A DNA stretch of 64,000 nt from Toensbergia leucococca (GCA_022813965.1 JALDZS010000135.1:1-64000), one strand, 5' to 3'. Positions 38,801 through 53,422 are shown, counted from the first letter of the stretch. Program-made: numbers and translations. Notes: a model not told the origin generated them from the sequence alone.

Positions 38801-41800
38801 GAAGCAGATAGAATGGAGCAGATCCACATACACACCGCGATAGGGACTGGAAACTAGGGGGGCTATTTCTGGAAGACCGAGCTCGAATTGCTTGGGCCTT
38901 AGTATCTTAGACCATCTTTACAGGGTAAGCATCGGATATAGTAAATAGTCCTTTAACGACAGAGTCTGTAGGACATGGAGTTATTATTCTTGATGTGGGT
39001 TTTGCAAACCCCTGAAGCAACAAATCCACAAGTCTGGGCAAAGATCTAAATCAACACTTACCTTTGGAGCTCAACCTAGCAGCCCGTGGAGCTGTTTTCC
39101 CACTTTAGCATGAAGCTCTCCCAACGTCACGAGGAAGGATCAAATTACTATACAGTGAGTAGTACAACTAGGAATCGATCCGTCTTAAATACCTTCCTTA
39201 GTACTGACGAGCTTACACTACCTGTGCCAGCAGTCTCTCTATTTTCTTCTCAGCCTCGTCAATGAGTTTCACAGCCCCAATTACAGAGTAAAGTACCGTC
39301 TTCCGCTATTGTACAGACGCAAATTGCATTGCACTAACAGTGTCTTGATTTTGCAGTCTTGCATCGATAAATCCGCCTCGTCATCTGAGACACCTGTTTC
39401 AGCGCCTTTTCTGTGGTTCGAAACTCCTTTAGAAGACCTCTCCAGCTTTTTGTTACTTCAGGGATATGATGGGCTTTACCGAAGTCAAAGGCCAATCCCT
39501 ATCTTGACACTGAAGTTGGTGGGATCGATTGGAGCATCTTGCTTGCCAGGCAATTCCCCATGGATATTCGAGTCTGGGAAGCTTGTGTCTCAAAGTCCGC
39601 GGATCCTAGACCTATTGTTTCTATTCAAGTATCGTGGCGCATGCAGCTAATCATCTGCAACAGTTGAGGCTATCCTGATTTCAATTGGTATTGTCACTGT
39701 TGGACAGGGCTATCAGCATTGTCCCTCCTAGGAACCTTTTCAAAGAAAGTATGTCTGAACAGATACATTCAATTGCTATCCTGACGGGCTTGTTGAGAGT
39801 CGTCCAGATCCAGAAGTCTCTCATTGGCATCCAAGAGCTGCTAGGATACATCATTCTATTTTTTCACAAGGTTAGTACCATTGCTCACAAGCCGGGACAT
39901 CTTACTCTCATTATTGACTCTGCAGATTTTGATACTTAGCTAAGATAGAATGACCTGAAGTCATTTGTCTTGTCATGCTGGTGTTATGAGGGACTTACAG
40001 CTTCTCTAACATTCAGCTGGTCAAGGAGCAGCAGCATCTTTACAGAGACAGGACGTAGTAAGTCAAAGCCCGGTCTCCAGAGTATCGCGAACTAATGTCT
40101 CTTTCATTCCAGCGTGCCATTCCTCAATTCTCAACATTCCTCAACAACCCATCCAAAGCCACCTCATTTTCCACCTACGCTTCAAGGCTTCATCATTGAG
40201 TTAGCGCCAGCAAATGCAAATAAAGCCTCTAGCAACGTGTTCCTATCTTTTTACTCTACAACATCCGTTGAAAGCGAAATACAAAATACAGAAGCCATTT
40301 TAGGCCCCTGAGATTTGTGCTCGGCTATGATCAGGGGTAAACCGCAACACAGACTATTATGATGAGTCCGCACTCATAGCCTACAGCTCAAGACATGTCT
40401 TGCATATTGGTCAAAAATGATCAGTGAAGATTATTTTTAGACACGTGAGTGCCGGTATCCTCCTGAGGACATACACGCCACCATAAAGCCTCTAAGATTC
40501 ACAATACATTACCATTCAGAGACACACCTGATAGAGCGTCATAACGATTCCCGCAACAGTCGCCAACTCTTCAATCCCAAATCCAGATTTCTTCCGAAAG
40601 ACACAAAGGCACAGGGCTTTTGAAACGAGCTCTCAGCCTTCAAACTGCTGCATATAGATTGCATAGTGCTCGGACTAAGTATGTCACTCAAGCTAGGTTG
40701 CAAGGTTGGATCATCTTTTACGACGCTATCCCATCCCCTTTAGGAGTGAGGTAATCACCCTCAAAAAAAAGGGGGACATCATGACCACTGTGTCAAGACG
40801 ATAATTTCCTCTCAGCGTTCTGTTTGAGTAATTCATCGCCATCCTTCTTCCAGTCACAATTTTCTGAGCTTGAGATCCTACTCCTAACCTTTAGCCTTCC
40901 AGCTCGTTCAGCCCGGACTAGGAAACTCCCAAATACGTTTGAGCCCACTTTTCGACCACACAAAGCCAACTATCGTCCGCCCTTCACTTTTCTCAAAGGT
41001 GCTCGAGCCTAGCAGCCTTTCAATAGAGCAACTCTATCAATTTGATTTCCAGGACTTGCCGTATACTTCTTTCAGTGGGATGAGACTCGAAGAGCTGGCT
41101 TTACCATCATCAACGAATTAACTATATGAGAGCCCAGCATAGGCATTAGTATATCCGGAGCACCAGGACGAGACAGTCATACAACCAACCAAATTGACAT
41201 AGTCAGCTCATACAGTTCAGGCGTCACGAAGATTGAGTGGATAGGCCAATGACATGGTAGATAGGGCCACAAAAATGTCAAGGATCGATCAAATGGTCAA
41301 TATAAGGTGAGAGCCCCAATGCTAATGAGAATCTCGCTGACCCGGTAATTCTCAATCGAGGGGGATCGACATTCAGTCATTGAAACCTGTGTCACTCTCC
41401 CTACGAAAAGAACATTCCAAAATACCCATGCCTCAAGCCACGCCAACTCTCTTCCCATTTCCCTCACCTAAGAGCTACGAGGCTCAGAACCTGAAGGAAG
41501 CCGTGTCTCTTGGTCTGGTCTCTAGGATTGTTGTGTGTTGCGTAGGGATGTATGAGCAGGGAGACGCATTGGATATCGGCTTGTGGGAAGGACTAGTTGC
41601 AGGATAGGTCAAGCAGGGTGGGTGATGCTTGCCGTCACTACTAAGCACCTATGCGGAGCAATGATCATCAAAGGTGTGTGCCTCAGTGTCTGAAAGCTCA
41701 CTCCGCTGAGACAGCAGGGGTTTGCCTTTGATGAGTATTATTAGGGGCTGATGAATGGTTGATAAATGATGTGCAGTACTGTATATGCAGCACTATAGAC

Positions 41801-43076
41801 ATTAAAATTCTAGCTATGCGAAGTGATGACAGGAGAGTCAACTGTGCGGCTCGCTAAGCACTAGGGCTAATTCCATTGTAACCTTGTTAAACCCCTAAAC
41901 CCTAGCCGCGCAAAGAATGAAATGATGTACAGTGTGAAAACTTTCAGGTGTCAAATCTGAGCTAATCTCATTAACCCCTGAAATTCTACATACCGTCAAA
42001 ACTAAAGATAAAAGGGGCAGGGAATCCTATTAGAGTCTCGGTCGCAAGACACAAACACACAACCTCAAGTCACACACCTATCCTCTCTCTAACACAATTC
42101 TCAATCAAATCAATTCACTAATCAACATCTCATCTTCTCACTCAATTCATCAGAATTAAAATCATGCTTCAGTAATAACATATCTCACTCAACACACTCT
42201 CTGACCATCTCCGGCACCAAAAGTACAAAAAGAAAACTGACATACTTTTCAACAAAGCTGATGAAACACGTTCTTTTAAACTTCAGCGGCTGGAGAATAA
42301 AAAATCATCAGTTAAGGGATTAGTTAAAAGGAGAGATAGGGGCGGAGAAATTGATGATAGATATAATGGGCAGAAGGATGAGTGAAAATAGGGTCAAATG
42401 GTAGGATTGATAAGAATTGAGCAGATATTGAATGGGGTGAAGAAGAAGGGGGAGAAGTTGGAGAATGGAGAAGAATTGATGTGTTTCATTTCAATGAATA
42501 GCTCAACACCAACCATCCAAAGCTGATTAAAGGACTCTTCAAGACATTTGTATTGCAAATTCATTACGAAATTTGCAAGCCGGATCATTGCTAAGATGAA
42601 TAACGTTGGTTAATCCTGCAAACTAACTAAACTCACTCTTGACCGTCATGCAATTAAAACAAGCACATCTTTAAAGCTATTAACCCTACCCTATACTTTC
42701 CACCTTTAATCTATGCCATCAAACTGGGGGTAAAATATTTGGTCCATCTGAAAGACAATTAAATATCAAACAGCAAGTGCCTCAAGTGGATTTTGGTGCA
42801 AAAGGATCCAATAGGGAACACTCTCTGTATCTATTGGTAAAATAAATTAGTCAGAACTTTTGATCAACAGATGTTCTGATAGCAACGAACTCGCTGCAGC
42901 ACTGACCGATCCCATAATCCAGATCTAGTCGAGGTCGGTAGACTCTAGTCATTCAAGGACACTCTGATCGACACCGGCGCCCCACCGGTAGTCTTTGTTC
43001 CCATTATCCTCAGGAATAGCTTATTTTTTATCGACGCAAGCATCCCAGCGACTAAGTTCTTGGATTCTCATCCTCG

Positions 43077-43897
43077 TCAGGATTTGTAGGTTTTCTTATG
43101 AATACAAACTCCCAGATGGCAGAGAGCAGTATCTCTCTTGGAAACTATCTTCCCTACACTCTGCTCTTGGGCTACTTCCTGCTCGATAACATCGGTGAAT
43201 TGTTCGATGATCTCGGTACGATTATTTCCCTTGGCCTCAATGAGAGTAGGAAAGGCACTCGCTACCACGGAGGCAAGATCTTTTCGGACTTTTCGGAACG
43301 GTGGTTGATCTGTAGCTTCGATCTGTTCAAGTTGGGATGATACGGTGTCAATTTTCGTGGAGGGAGCTGCTGGTGCTGGCGTAGTATCGAACAGATGGCT
43401 GATATCATCGACAACCTGGCCTTGAGATTGAACAAGGGACTCGGTAGCATCTACAAGTATAAGAATTAGAGAGAGATATTCGAGGGAACGATTTTCAATA
43501 AGACAAACCGGAGCCACGCTTTCTTAGACCAACTATTGCATTGGACTTTACTGCTTGGGGTCAATGAACTCCACCTTCCATTGTTCCTAGGCAGACTTAC
43601 CAAAGATGCTGGAAAACCCGTTCGGAAAACGAAGCTTTCTCATAGCGTATTCGAATTTTCCTGTGTCGTTTTTAACAGGTAAATGTGTACCACTTGGAGT
43701 ACCGACGGTATCTATAGTAGTCAAAATTAGACAGAGAAACGTTGAATTTATGTAAATTCGGGTAGGCATAGATATGACTCGCCGGGAATACAATCAGGCA
43801 AGGCTATATGATCGTGTCCATACTCTCGCAAGAGTGGTGCTCCAGCACAAGTGATGGCCGAGGCTGCAAGGGCAAGGAGGATCTGAAAGAATTGCAT
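43077..43897 (-). CDS. Putative small secreted protein; exon joins uncertain, possibly damaged
   Basis: Signal peptide MQFFQILLALAASAITCAGAP at 43897; GT-AG intron signals; last exon ends ...VSKRDTALCHLGVCIHKKTYKS*. The first intron phase does not join cleanly. Confidence 0.45.
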
Positions 43898-44839
43898 TGA
43901 GGTGTAGGTATGGTGTTTATTATCGAAAGATTGGATACAAGTTTTGTAGAGGACGAGACGTGAAGGCCAGTTTGCTGCGTTAATGAGTGGAAGGGTCAGA
44001 GGTTGGACCTAGTGGTGTAAGAGAGAGTAAGGAACGTGAAGAAGGAAGGTGGGGGAGACGGGATATAAACACATTGGGTAGTGGCTATTCATGGGCATGC
44101 GAGGATGCCTGGATTGACTTAGAAGCCCTAATTATGACATAAGTCGTATTGAATGCTTTGTGCAAATTGGAAAGTTAACGCAGAGATTGAAGATCCAGGA
44201 AGTGAATTGCAAATCGAGACGCACTAGATATTCATCCATAAAACGAGTCTGTAAATAGCAAGGCAAATTGGATCACTAGATGCAAAACGTACTCAATCTG
44301 AAATTTCTACATCTCGGATCATCACTAACAAACCAGTACAGATAAGAGTACATCTAGGTTGTAAACTCAACCATTACTATTCTGTTCTACAGCGTCTGCA
44401 GCTGTAGTTACAAAATCATTGCGTAAGTGTTGGAAGACATTATCTTGAATGTTCGGCTCCTTCCCCTTGTGCTTGCAGGATCAGGAGGCGCATCTCGATC
44501 AGCTCTTGTTGCATTACCAAGTTGGGAAACTAGACACACAGAGTACCGTGTTCTATCCAGCCTTATCTCATGAGAAAACCTCTCTCAAGTCGCTCGCTTC
44601 ATGCTGTAAGTCATCGTAATAATGCACATCAGTATGTTTCAGTCTCGATCCAAGAACGAGATCTCGACATCTTCTTCGCTGAGTCTGTCATTTTTAAAGC
44701 TGGAGGACAGTCCACTGGTGATTCCTAGAATCAAAGCCCAAGTGCCGGAACACTGGACTTGTCGTGACATCCGTGAATTTCGTCTATGAATACTTGACTC
44801 TCAATTTGGGAAATGAGGACCCTGTGATCGTTTCTCGAG

Positions 44840-46901
44840 TCACGCCAGTGCTTTCTCTACCATTCGTCTCGCACCCATCCACGCCTCCATGACTGCAGAT
44901 CCGATCTCTGTCTTACCTTTCGTCGTTGGCAATCCTCTGAGCCTCCTAATTGGCCTTTGACCTCTCACATCTTCGTCTGAAAACCAATTTCCATGCAATC
45001 CATAAGGTACTCTTTGAGGTAGATATACCCTCCCCACGACATCTGTCATGTTCTTGGCGTCAATGATCCATAACTCGCTTCTGGCACCTGGCTTACACTC
45101 TCCGTCGTCCGCTAATTGGCTCTCATCAAAGACATAGCTTAGCAGCCACCCGTCATCCTCGCTTTCTCCATTCTCGCGGGGCACAAAGCGTGGCTCCTGT
45201 GCATACCAATGTTTGGGCATTTTGAAGGCCTTGATAGGATCTTCGGGTTCACTACTCGCTAGAATCTCCGCCATCTCTCTTTTGTCGACGCAACCGGTGA
45301 TTTGAGTTGGAGGGGAAGATCTTCCCCTAGCGATTAGCGTCTCAACATCAATCTTAACCAGGGAATCAATTTTTACAGCTCGGCCTAGAGCAGCACCAAA
45401 TGAAGAGTCGGACACGGAGCAGCCGTATATGTATTTTGGAGCAGACATGGAAACAGAGGTACGAAGGGAAGGAAACTCGAACGGAATCGCCGAAAGGGCC
45501 CATTGATGGGTGATACTGTTGCAGGATTTATCACCAAATTCAAAAATAGACGGCCGAGAAAGGGAGAATTCGTAGTAATAAAGGCGGCATTGCTCGTCTT
45601 CTTGTTGATTATTAGGAATGGCCCGAGTGGGAACAGGGGCAGCAAGGTCGCCAGCGCTGAAAACGAGAGATGCAGACGTCAGCCGACAAGCTAGCATGTT
45701 GACTGACTGTAGCTCTCGCAATTTGGAAACTGGGTTAATGGTAGTGGTATCCCATGAATTTGCAGTATGAAAAATGCAGCAGGCATTAGTTTCGAACCAA
45801 CGCACGCTGTCTGGTTGGTAGCGAGGGAAAACACCGAAACGAGAGCGACTAGTAGGATCGTAAGCAACCACAGGCTGGTTTTTGGCAAGATTAAGAGGAT
45901 CGAGAGACAGAGGGAGGTCCATTATGATTGTATGAGTGCTAGAAACACCAAAGTCGTGCATCATCTTCGCGGAAGAGACGCCAGCAACAGGGACGTTCAG
46001 TCGAGCGGCCCTTGTGAAAATTTTTTCTTGCTCCCGTTTGTACCTTGAAGGTACAATAGAATAGTGAACGTATGGAGGTGTAAACGTGGAGTGAAAGAGA
46101 ATGAGCTCCGATGTTTTTGGATCAACACGAGGCTAGGAATTGGTCAACGTTCTGAGGAAGTAGGGTTCTCACTGCAAACTTACGTGTGCAGTTGTCCATT
46201 CCTTCATGAAACTAAGCAAACCGTCGCCTCCAAACACAGATTTTTCATCTCTTATATCTTCACCTTCGACCCCATTGCCATTGAACCAGCCAACGGTCTC
46301 TAGTCGAGGTAGGGATACTTGCATTGGAGGACCACTCTCACATGTTGCCAAGGCACGACCATCATGGTAGAGTATGGAAGTATTTGCAACACTAATCTTC
46401 TTGATAGGCTGTCGGGAGCCCGGCAAATGTGAAAGGAAAACCAGTAGTATCGTCCTGAAGATCCGGAAAACAATGGTAAACAACGGGCTCAAGGGATTGA
46501 CAAGTGTTGCGATGCTTGGCAGGATTGGCGTCTCAAGGCACGACGAGGTCACAGTCGAGAGGTAGACGTCGGTCAATATGTACTGATTCACGAATGCGGG
46601 TTGCACGGTTTCTTCTTCATTGTGCCTCTGAAATGCTACCCCACTGAGCATACCATCTCCATCAAACCAGTGAGCATCTCGGCCTAAGTCTTCGTTCATT
46701 ACAGGGTTTCCTCCATTTCGGACATATTCACCACCAGCAAATTCTTTGGGAATGTGACCGGTATGTGAGCAGGGTTTTAAAGGTTGAATTTGACGGACTG
46801 GTGCGAAGTTTCCAGAAAGATATCTACAACGCTTTTAGCGATGGTTCAAATTAGAATTGAAATATGGATGCTTACGGATGAGCGTGCCCGCCCTTGCGCA
46901 T
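44840..46901 (-). CDS. carX: Carotenoid cleavage oxygenase (RPE65 family), CarX/CAO-type
   Basis: HP|YLSGNFAP, YVRNGGNP and HWFDGDGM; four Fe-binding His motifs TTAH|PRVDP, MMHDF, IFHTAN and PYGLHGNW; two introns; divergent from carRA. Confidence 0.92.
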
Positions 46902-47522
46902 CTTTTCAGTGACTCGCGTCAAACAACGGTCTCGACAATTGCGTGTTGAGATCCATTGCAATCACAGATGTTTTCCCCTGATAGACCAGACACTTGCATA
47001 GTGGGGATATGACGTTCCGGTCACCACAGAGTGGCGACTCTAAAACATGTGAAGGACGGAGAGAGGTGGTCATAGAGCACAGTATGTCTTTCGCCAATTA
47101 TCCGTGATTTGATGAAAGCCTCGGGAGGATGAATAAAGTTGGCGGGCACAAAAACAAGGATGCAGGTGATCTCGTCATCATATTCGTACTTTACTATATA
47201 CGGAATGTCTTCTCGCTGCTTTGATACGGCCAATTCAATTCGCTCATTACTCACTTCAATGTCAATTCCGTCCGTATCAACACTTCAGATTACGCAGAGT
47301 TACGTCAATAGGTTCTCTCCCGCAAAATTACATTCTCTTTCACAGTATCCGTATTCAAGACTACCTTTGTCAAATTCCGCTGTTCAAGCCCACCATTCGC
47401 TAGCAGCAGCCCCGCGTGTACTTTCGTTATTCCCCGCTCTCTGGGAACCTGCTTGTGCCTCAACCTCCTTTCTGATAACATGACTGCGACAACCACAATC
47501 TCACATCGGTGAAGCACTTCAA
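46902..47522. promoter_or_regulatory. Bidirectional promoter region between carX and carRA
   Basis: 621-bp spacer between divergent start codons at 46901 (-) and 47523 (+). Confidence 0.6.
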
Positions 47523-49539
47523 ATGGGATACGACTATGCGTTGGTGTATGACAGACTTTCCCTACCTGGTCTTATGTGTCTAAAGCAACTTCTAGTCATC
47601 TACGATTCACGATACCGCCAGCGGTAGCTCTCACTCTTTGCTACCGTCCCCTGTGCACTCGTCTTGATGTATATAAAATACTGTTCCTAGCATTCGTATG
47701 TCTTGGTAAATTGAGAAAACCCGGCCACAGACAAGCTCACGTTGAATAGATCGCCATCTTCTCAACCACCCCATGGGATTCATACTTGATACACAGCAAA
47801 GTATGGACATACCCTCCGAACGCAATCATTGGCCCCACGCTTTTCAGAATCCCTGCAGAAGAAATATTTTTCTTCGTCATCCAAACCTACAATACCTCCT
47901 TACTCTATCTTTTGCTCAATAAGCCAACTTTCCACCCAATTTATCTTCGAGGACTCAAGATTCCACATGGTCAGAGTCATTGGCATCTAACAAAGTGGGT
48001 CGGGCAAGGGGCGATCACCGTAGGAATACTTGTTGGTGCCAAATTGGTCTTCGAGGAGGGTGAGGGACTGTATATGGGCTTGATTTTGATTTGGGCGGGT
48101 CCGTTCGTGCTTCTCCTTTGGTACGATTCACCTTGCACGCATTGAATTCGGAAAGATGTTAATGAAAGCAGGAGTCTGGCGTATCAATTTATCCTGGGCC
48201 TACCTTTCGCCAATACCCTCCTTCCTGTGGTGCTACCCACGCTGTATTTATGGCTTGTCGATACTTTTGCCTTGAGGAGAGGAACGTGGGTCATTGAATC
48301 GGGAACAAAGCTTGGATGGCATCTTTGGGACGGCCTAGAAGTGGAGTAAGAAGCCCCTGAAACTTTTGGAGATCCGTCTGACATGCTTGCAGGGAGGCCT
48401 TTTTCTTTCTAATAACGAACGTACTTATCGTGTTCGGCCTCATAGCCTTTGACAATGCTCTAGCCGTTCTACAGACGTTTCCTTCTCTGTTTCCAGTGAT
48501 TCCTTCACTACCCTCACCCATTCTTCTTGTTAGAGCGCTTCTTGTATCTCCATCAGTATATGACAGTAGCCGCATCGATGGACTCCGACAAGCTCTAGCA
48601 CGCCTAAGAAAAAAGAGCAGAAGCTTCTACCTAGCAAGCGGAGTATTTCAGGGAAGACTGCGGATTGACCTTATACTCCTGTAAGTATGCTTGTGCGAAA
48701 ATTGAAACAACACTGATAATTCCACCAGATACTCGTTTTGCCGGGTTGCGGACGATCTTGTTGACAACGCTGCATCTTCTTCCGAGGCCAAGCACTGGAT
48801 TATGAAGCTCACGGAATACCTTGACATCTCATATGCCTCTGATTACTCGATCAAATCCATTTCAAAAGCTGACTTCATCACGGCGACGTTCCCAGCATCG
48901 GCTCAAACTGCTCTTTTATTCCTTCCAACCTCTTACCTTTCCTCTCAGCCCCTCTATGACCTCCTGAAAGGATTCAAGGCCGATCTAGATTTTTCTTCGG
49001 CAGAGAATCCATTTCCCATCAATGATGAATCCACGTTGCGAATTTACAGCTCTCGGGTAGCGGGCACAGTAGCCGAGTCGTGCCTGGAGCTTGTATACCA
49101 TCATACAACCACACATAGTGTAGAAAAGCAACGTCAGGAGATAGTCCATGCCGGAGGGCGAATGGGGATTGCGCTACAGTACATCAATATTGCGCGCGAT
49201 GTCAGCGTCGATGCTCGGAACAGTCGCGTCTACATTCCCACCAGCTGGCTGAGAGAAAAAGGATTGACACCCAATGACATTGTTCAGGATCCGGAGAGTC
49301 CCAAGTCGGAAGCATTAAGGCAACTTTTAATAGATCGTGCAATGGAGATCTACAATGAAGCCAAGGGAGCAATTGAGATGCTGCCCATTGAAGCTCGAAG
49401 TCCTATGCGAGTGGCAGTCGAGAGTTACATGGAAATTGGAAGGATCTTGAGAACCCCAGGGTACAAAATAAAAGCTGGAAGAGCGACTGTTCCTAAGTTG
49501 AGACGATTACGGGTTGCTTGGAATGCGTTAAATCAATAA
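47523..49539 (+). CDS. carRA: Bifunctional lycopene cyclase / phytoene synthase (al-2/carRA), 6 exons
   Basis: [37 protein letters not shown] (cyclase repeats), [32 protein letters not shown]. Five GT-AG introns restore one frame. Confidence 0.95.
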
Positions 49540-49858
49540 TAAAAGTCATGTCCAGGGGTGGTAATTGTAGTCCATGTAATTTCAAGATACCATTTTGTAC
49601 ATAAGTCAATACATTTGTAAATACAATCCATATGTCAGCTATTATACTTACTGGGCATGACATGTCCACAGTTCCGTTATCAATGATGAAACTCCAACCA
49701 AGAAATCCAGGTCAAATCAAGACATGGCTATGATAAAATCTAACGTCGTCACGATTATGATGGCTGGCCTATCAATTCACTCCCAGGTTTCATTTATGTT
49801 CGTGCCACCATGAAGTGACACTCGAACACTGTGACAAGAAAAAAAGTCCCCGTCTCTC

Positions 49859-51677
49859 ATGGCAATGAGTAAAAAGTCCGATCAGAAGACTGCAATCATT
49901 GTAGGTATGTTTTATTAGATGATATTTACTGTAGAAATGAAGTGCTAAGACTTCCGTCAGGTGCTGGCGTAGGAGGTGTTGCAACGGCCGCACGACTCGC
50001 AAATGCTGGATTCAAGGTTACAGTGCTTGAGAAGAACAGCTTTACCGGTGGTAGATGTTCCCTGATACATCATGAAGGCTATGTAGGACAACTCAATCAG
50101 CGTGGCAATACCACATCTAATGGAACCCTCAGCGCTTCGATCAAGGCCCCTCTCTCCTCCTACTACCCCAGATGTTCCGGGAAGTATTCTACGATTTGGA
50201 TACGTCTCTTGAAGCTGAAGGTGTAGAGCTCATGAAATGTGAGCCGAACTATAATCTCTGGTTCGGTGACGGCGAGTCGTTCGAGCTTTCTACCGATCTG
50301 GCTCGCATGAAGATTGAAGTAGAAAAATGGGAGGGCAAAGATGGATTTGATCGTTACCTGGGCTTTTTACAAGAAGCCCATCGCCATTACGAAATCAGTG
50401 TCGCAGAGGTCCTCAAGAAGAACTTTGCCTCTCTTTTCTCCATGGCTCGACTTTCATTTCTCCGCCACGCCCTGGCTCTCCATCCCTTTGAGAGCATCTA
50501 CTCAAGAGCCTCCAAATACTTTTGGACCGAACGTCTAAGGCGCGTGTTCACGTTTGGAAGCATGTATATGGGTATGTCTCCCTTCGATGCTCCCGGTACG
50601 TATTCCTTGCTGCAATATACCGAATTGGCAGAGGGAATCTGGTACCCCAAGGGTGGATTCCATAGCATCATCGCCGCTCTTGTGAGGATCGGTGAACGTC
50701 TAGGCGTGACCTATCGCCTCTCCACTTCTGTTGAGGTTGTTAATTTGAGTCCTCCTGATTTTACCAATAAGCGTCGTGCCACTGGTGTCACTCTTAGCAC
50801 CGGTGAGACACTGACAGCTGATGTTGTGATAATAAATGCCGATCTTGTTTATGCATACAACAATCTACTACCGCCCTCTTTACTAGCGAAATCTCTTGAG
50901 AAACGCGCCGCGAGTTGCAGTTCCATCTCCTTCTATTGGGCAATGAACCGCAAGGTCCCGGAATTAATTACGCACAATATCTTTCTTGCTGACGACTATC
51001 GGGAATCCTTTGACGATATATTCAAAAAACAGTTAATTCCCTCTCAGCCTTCCTTCTATGTCAATGTGCCATCACGCATTGATTCTACAGCTTCGCCAGA
51101 GGGAACAGATGCCATTGTGGTCTTGGTCCCTGTAGGTCATCTCTTGAGTGAAGAAAATGGAAGAGGAATCGAGGTGCAGAGCAAGCAAGATTGGGAGGCC
51201 ATGGTCACCTCGGCACGGGAGACAGTCTTCTCCACCATCGAAGCCCGCACAGGGGCTCGTGGCCTCCAGCAGGCACTTGTGAAGGAAATCGTCAATACGC
51301 CGCAGAGCTGGAAAGACGTCTTTAACCTTGACAAAGGCGCCATCCTAGGCCTGAGTCATAGCTTTTTCAACGTCTTATCATTCAGACCATCCACCAAACA
51401 TGCGTCAATAGGCAGTTTATACTTCGTTGGAGCATCTACACATCCTGGAACTGGCGTTCCAATTTGTTTGGCAGGGAGTAAAATCACGAGTGAGCAGGTT
51501 CTCGACGGACTGGGTATGGAGAAGCCTTGGGCCCGAAAAAGTGTAGCGAAAGGGAAGGGGCAGGCCAAGGAGATCGATAAAACGCATTTCCTACCATTGT
51601 TTTCGAACTTCCACTTGGCGCTGCTCATACTAGGATGTATTATGTTCATGGCTGCATTCAGTGTTGGACGTTTGTAA
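49859..51677 (+). CDS. carB: Phytoene desaturase (al-1/carB), 3 exons
   Basis: FAD-binding AIIVG|AGVGG...VLEKNSFTGGRC, Y|RFDQGPSLLL, GIWYPKGG and LYFVGASTHPGTGVP; C-terminal TM segment. Confidence 0.95.
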
Positions 51678-53422
51678 TTTACGCCAAAATTCATTTCTGA
51701 GGCGGTAAAAGGGGCAAATATCTTGGGTTAAGACATAAATCCGACGTATCCCCAAGATATGCTCAGAGGAGTACACGGCAATATGTCAATTACTGGATTT
51801 CCAGTTCCGTTTGGTAATTCCTGGGTAAGCGCAATATCTAAATTTACTATGGAGACTTAATTCGGGGCCCATCTCATCTCCCTGCCAAGATTTATGTAGA
51901 GTAATAGCCGCCAAGAGCAAGGCGGCTCAAACCACTAGCCCTTTCCGGGCAGGGAAGACCTTATCCCAAGCCACCAAATCTCCGTGCCAAGTTTCGTATA
52001 GTACGCTATCGAGCGCCACGATCTGATGGAAGCTTCAACTCCTTCTGCGCTTCAAAACACCAAATGAATATCGACCCTCGCACTTTACTGCATACAGCAA
52101 TTTAACATCGAGTCATCAACAGACACAAAAGCGGCATGACAAGGGATAAACCGTCACAAGCTAGAAGAGGGTTTTTTCACAATACCTGAATAATGATGAG
52201 GTCATGCTAGGCGCAAACAATGTGACATTGCTGCAGCAATAAAGTATCGCCAGGCCTCCCAGCGCAATGACTTGACACGATTTCTCTAGCATGCGGGGGC
52301 GGAATGCTGCTCGCATGGTCAGGTGCACATCAGATGCACCTTGTACATTATGCACAGACCAACGGCGACTACCTAGAACATTTTGATTGCATCAAATAAA
52401 GCGACCCTGCAAAATCAAGGTCATCTGCCCATCTGCCCTGGTCGCAAAGACTTTCGAAGAACATGGTAAGGTTGATAAGCAGCTGCATAAGTACTTCAAT
52501 TTTCTGTCTGATATTTGGCATTGACAGGAGTTCAAGTGACTCATACAACAAGGCTGTAACAGACGTCGATAATAAGATTCCCATGTTGGATCAAAATGCC
52601 ATGATGACGTTTAACTGAAGAAATTGAAGGATGAATTCGGAAAAGCGGCGTGATTTTCCCTACATTGGTACCGTAGACCCTGAAAACCACAAACGCACAA
52701 ACGTTTAAAAGAGTACGGATACGGGAAAAGAGATTGGCTCAGTTTCTGCGCTTAAGCTTCTTAGCTTGAAAGTTTAGGTTGTGATTGCTGGCAAGGATTA
52801 ACTGACGAGCCGAATATCAATCTGCAACTTACCTTACCTTACATCACCACTACTATCCGTCCATTTCCGGGGCCATGTACGTGTTTGCCTACCAGCAATG
52901 CTGATCAATGCAACAAGCTTTTGATACCTATATGCCAGGTAGATGCGTCATGTAGGAAGATTTGTATGTGTGCACAGGTAACAGTGGTAATGCCTGCACT
53001 GAATAGGTCAATCCCTCCAACTATGCGAAAACAGTGAACCCAGGGCTTGCATATTGTGTTGATCAATTGGGTGTCAAAGGCAGAAGGACTTGCCTCCACT
53101 GAGTGAACGAGGGTTGTCTCAAAGGCTCTCATAACTTGCATAGTTGATGGAAAGGTAGAGCGTCTTAAGAATGAGAGTTATTGTTTCCGTGGAGAATATG
53201 GCCATTTTATTCCAGTGCAATATGTCATAATATTGCAGCTCTGTTCACGTTTCAAGCTAGTGCCTTATCCCATTCACTCATAAACAGAATAATGCCCAGC
53301 AACCATTAACATTCTCACATATCATAACACAAACCTACAACCTATCACCTAGAATACCGCCTTTCGCCTTCTCCTCAGTCTCCTTCCATCAACAAAGCTG
53401 TTGAGCTTCAGACAACTCCACT

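Noticed and set aside
41893..41904. Telomere-like CCCTAAACCCTA
   Set aside because: Under two repeat units; not an array.
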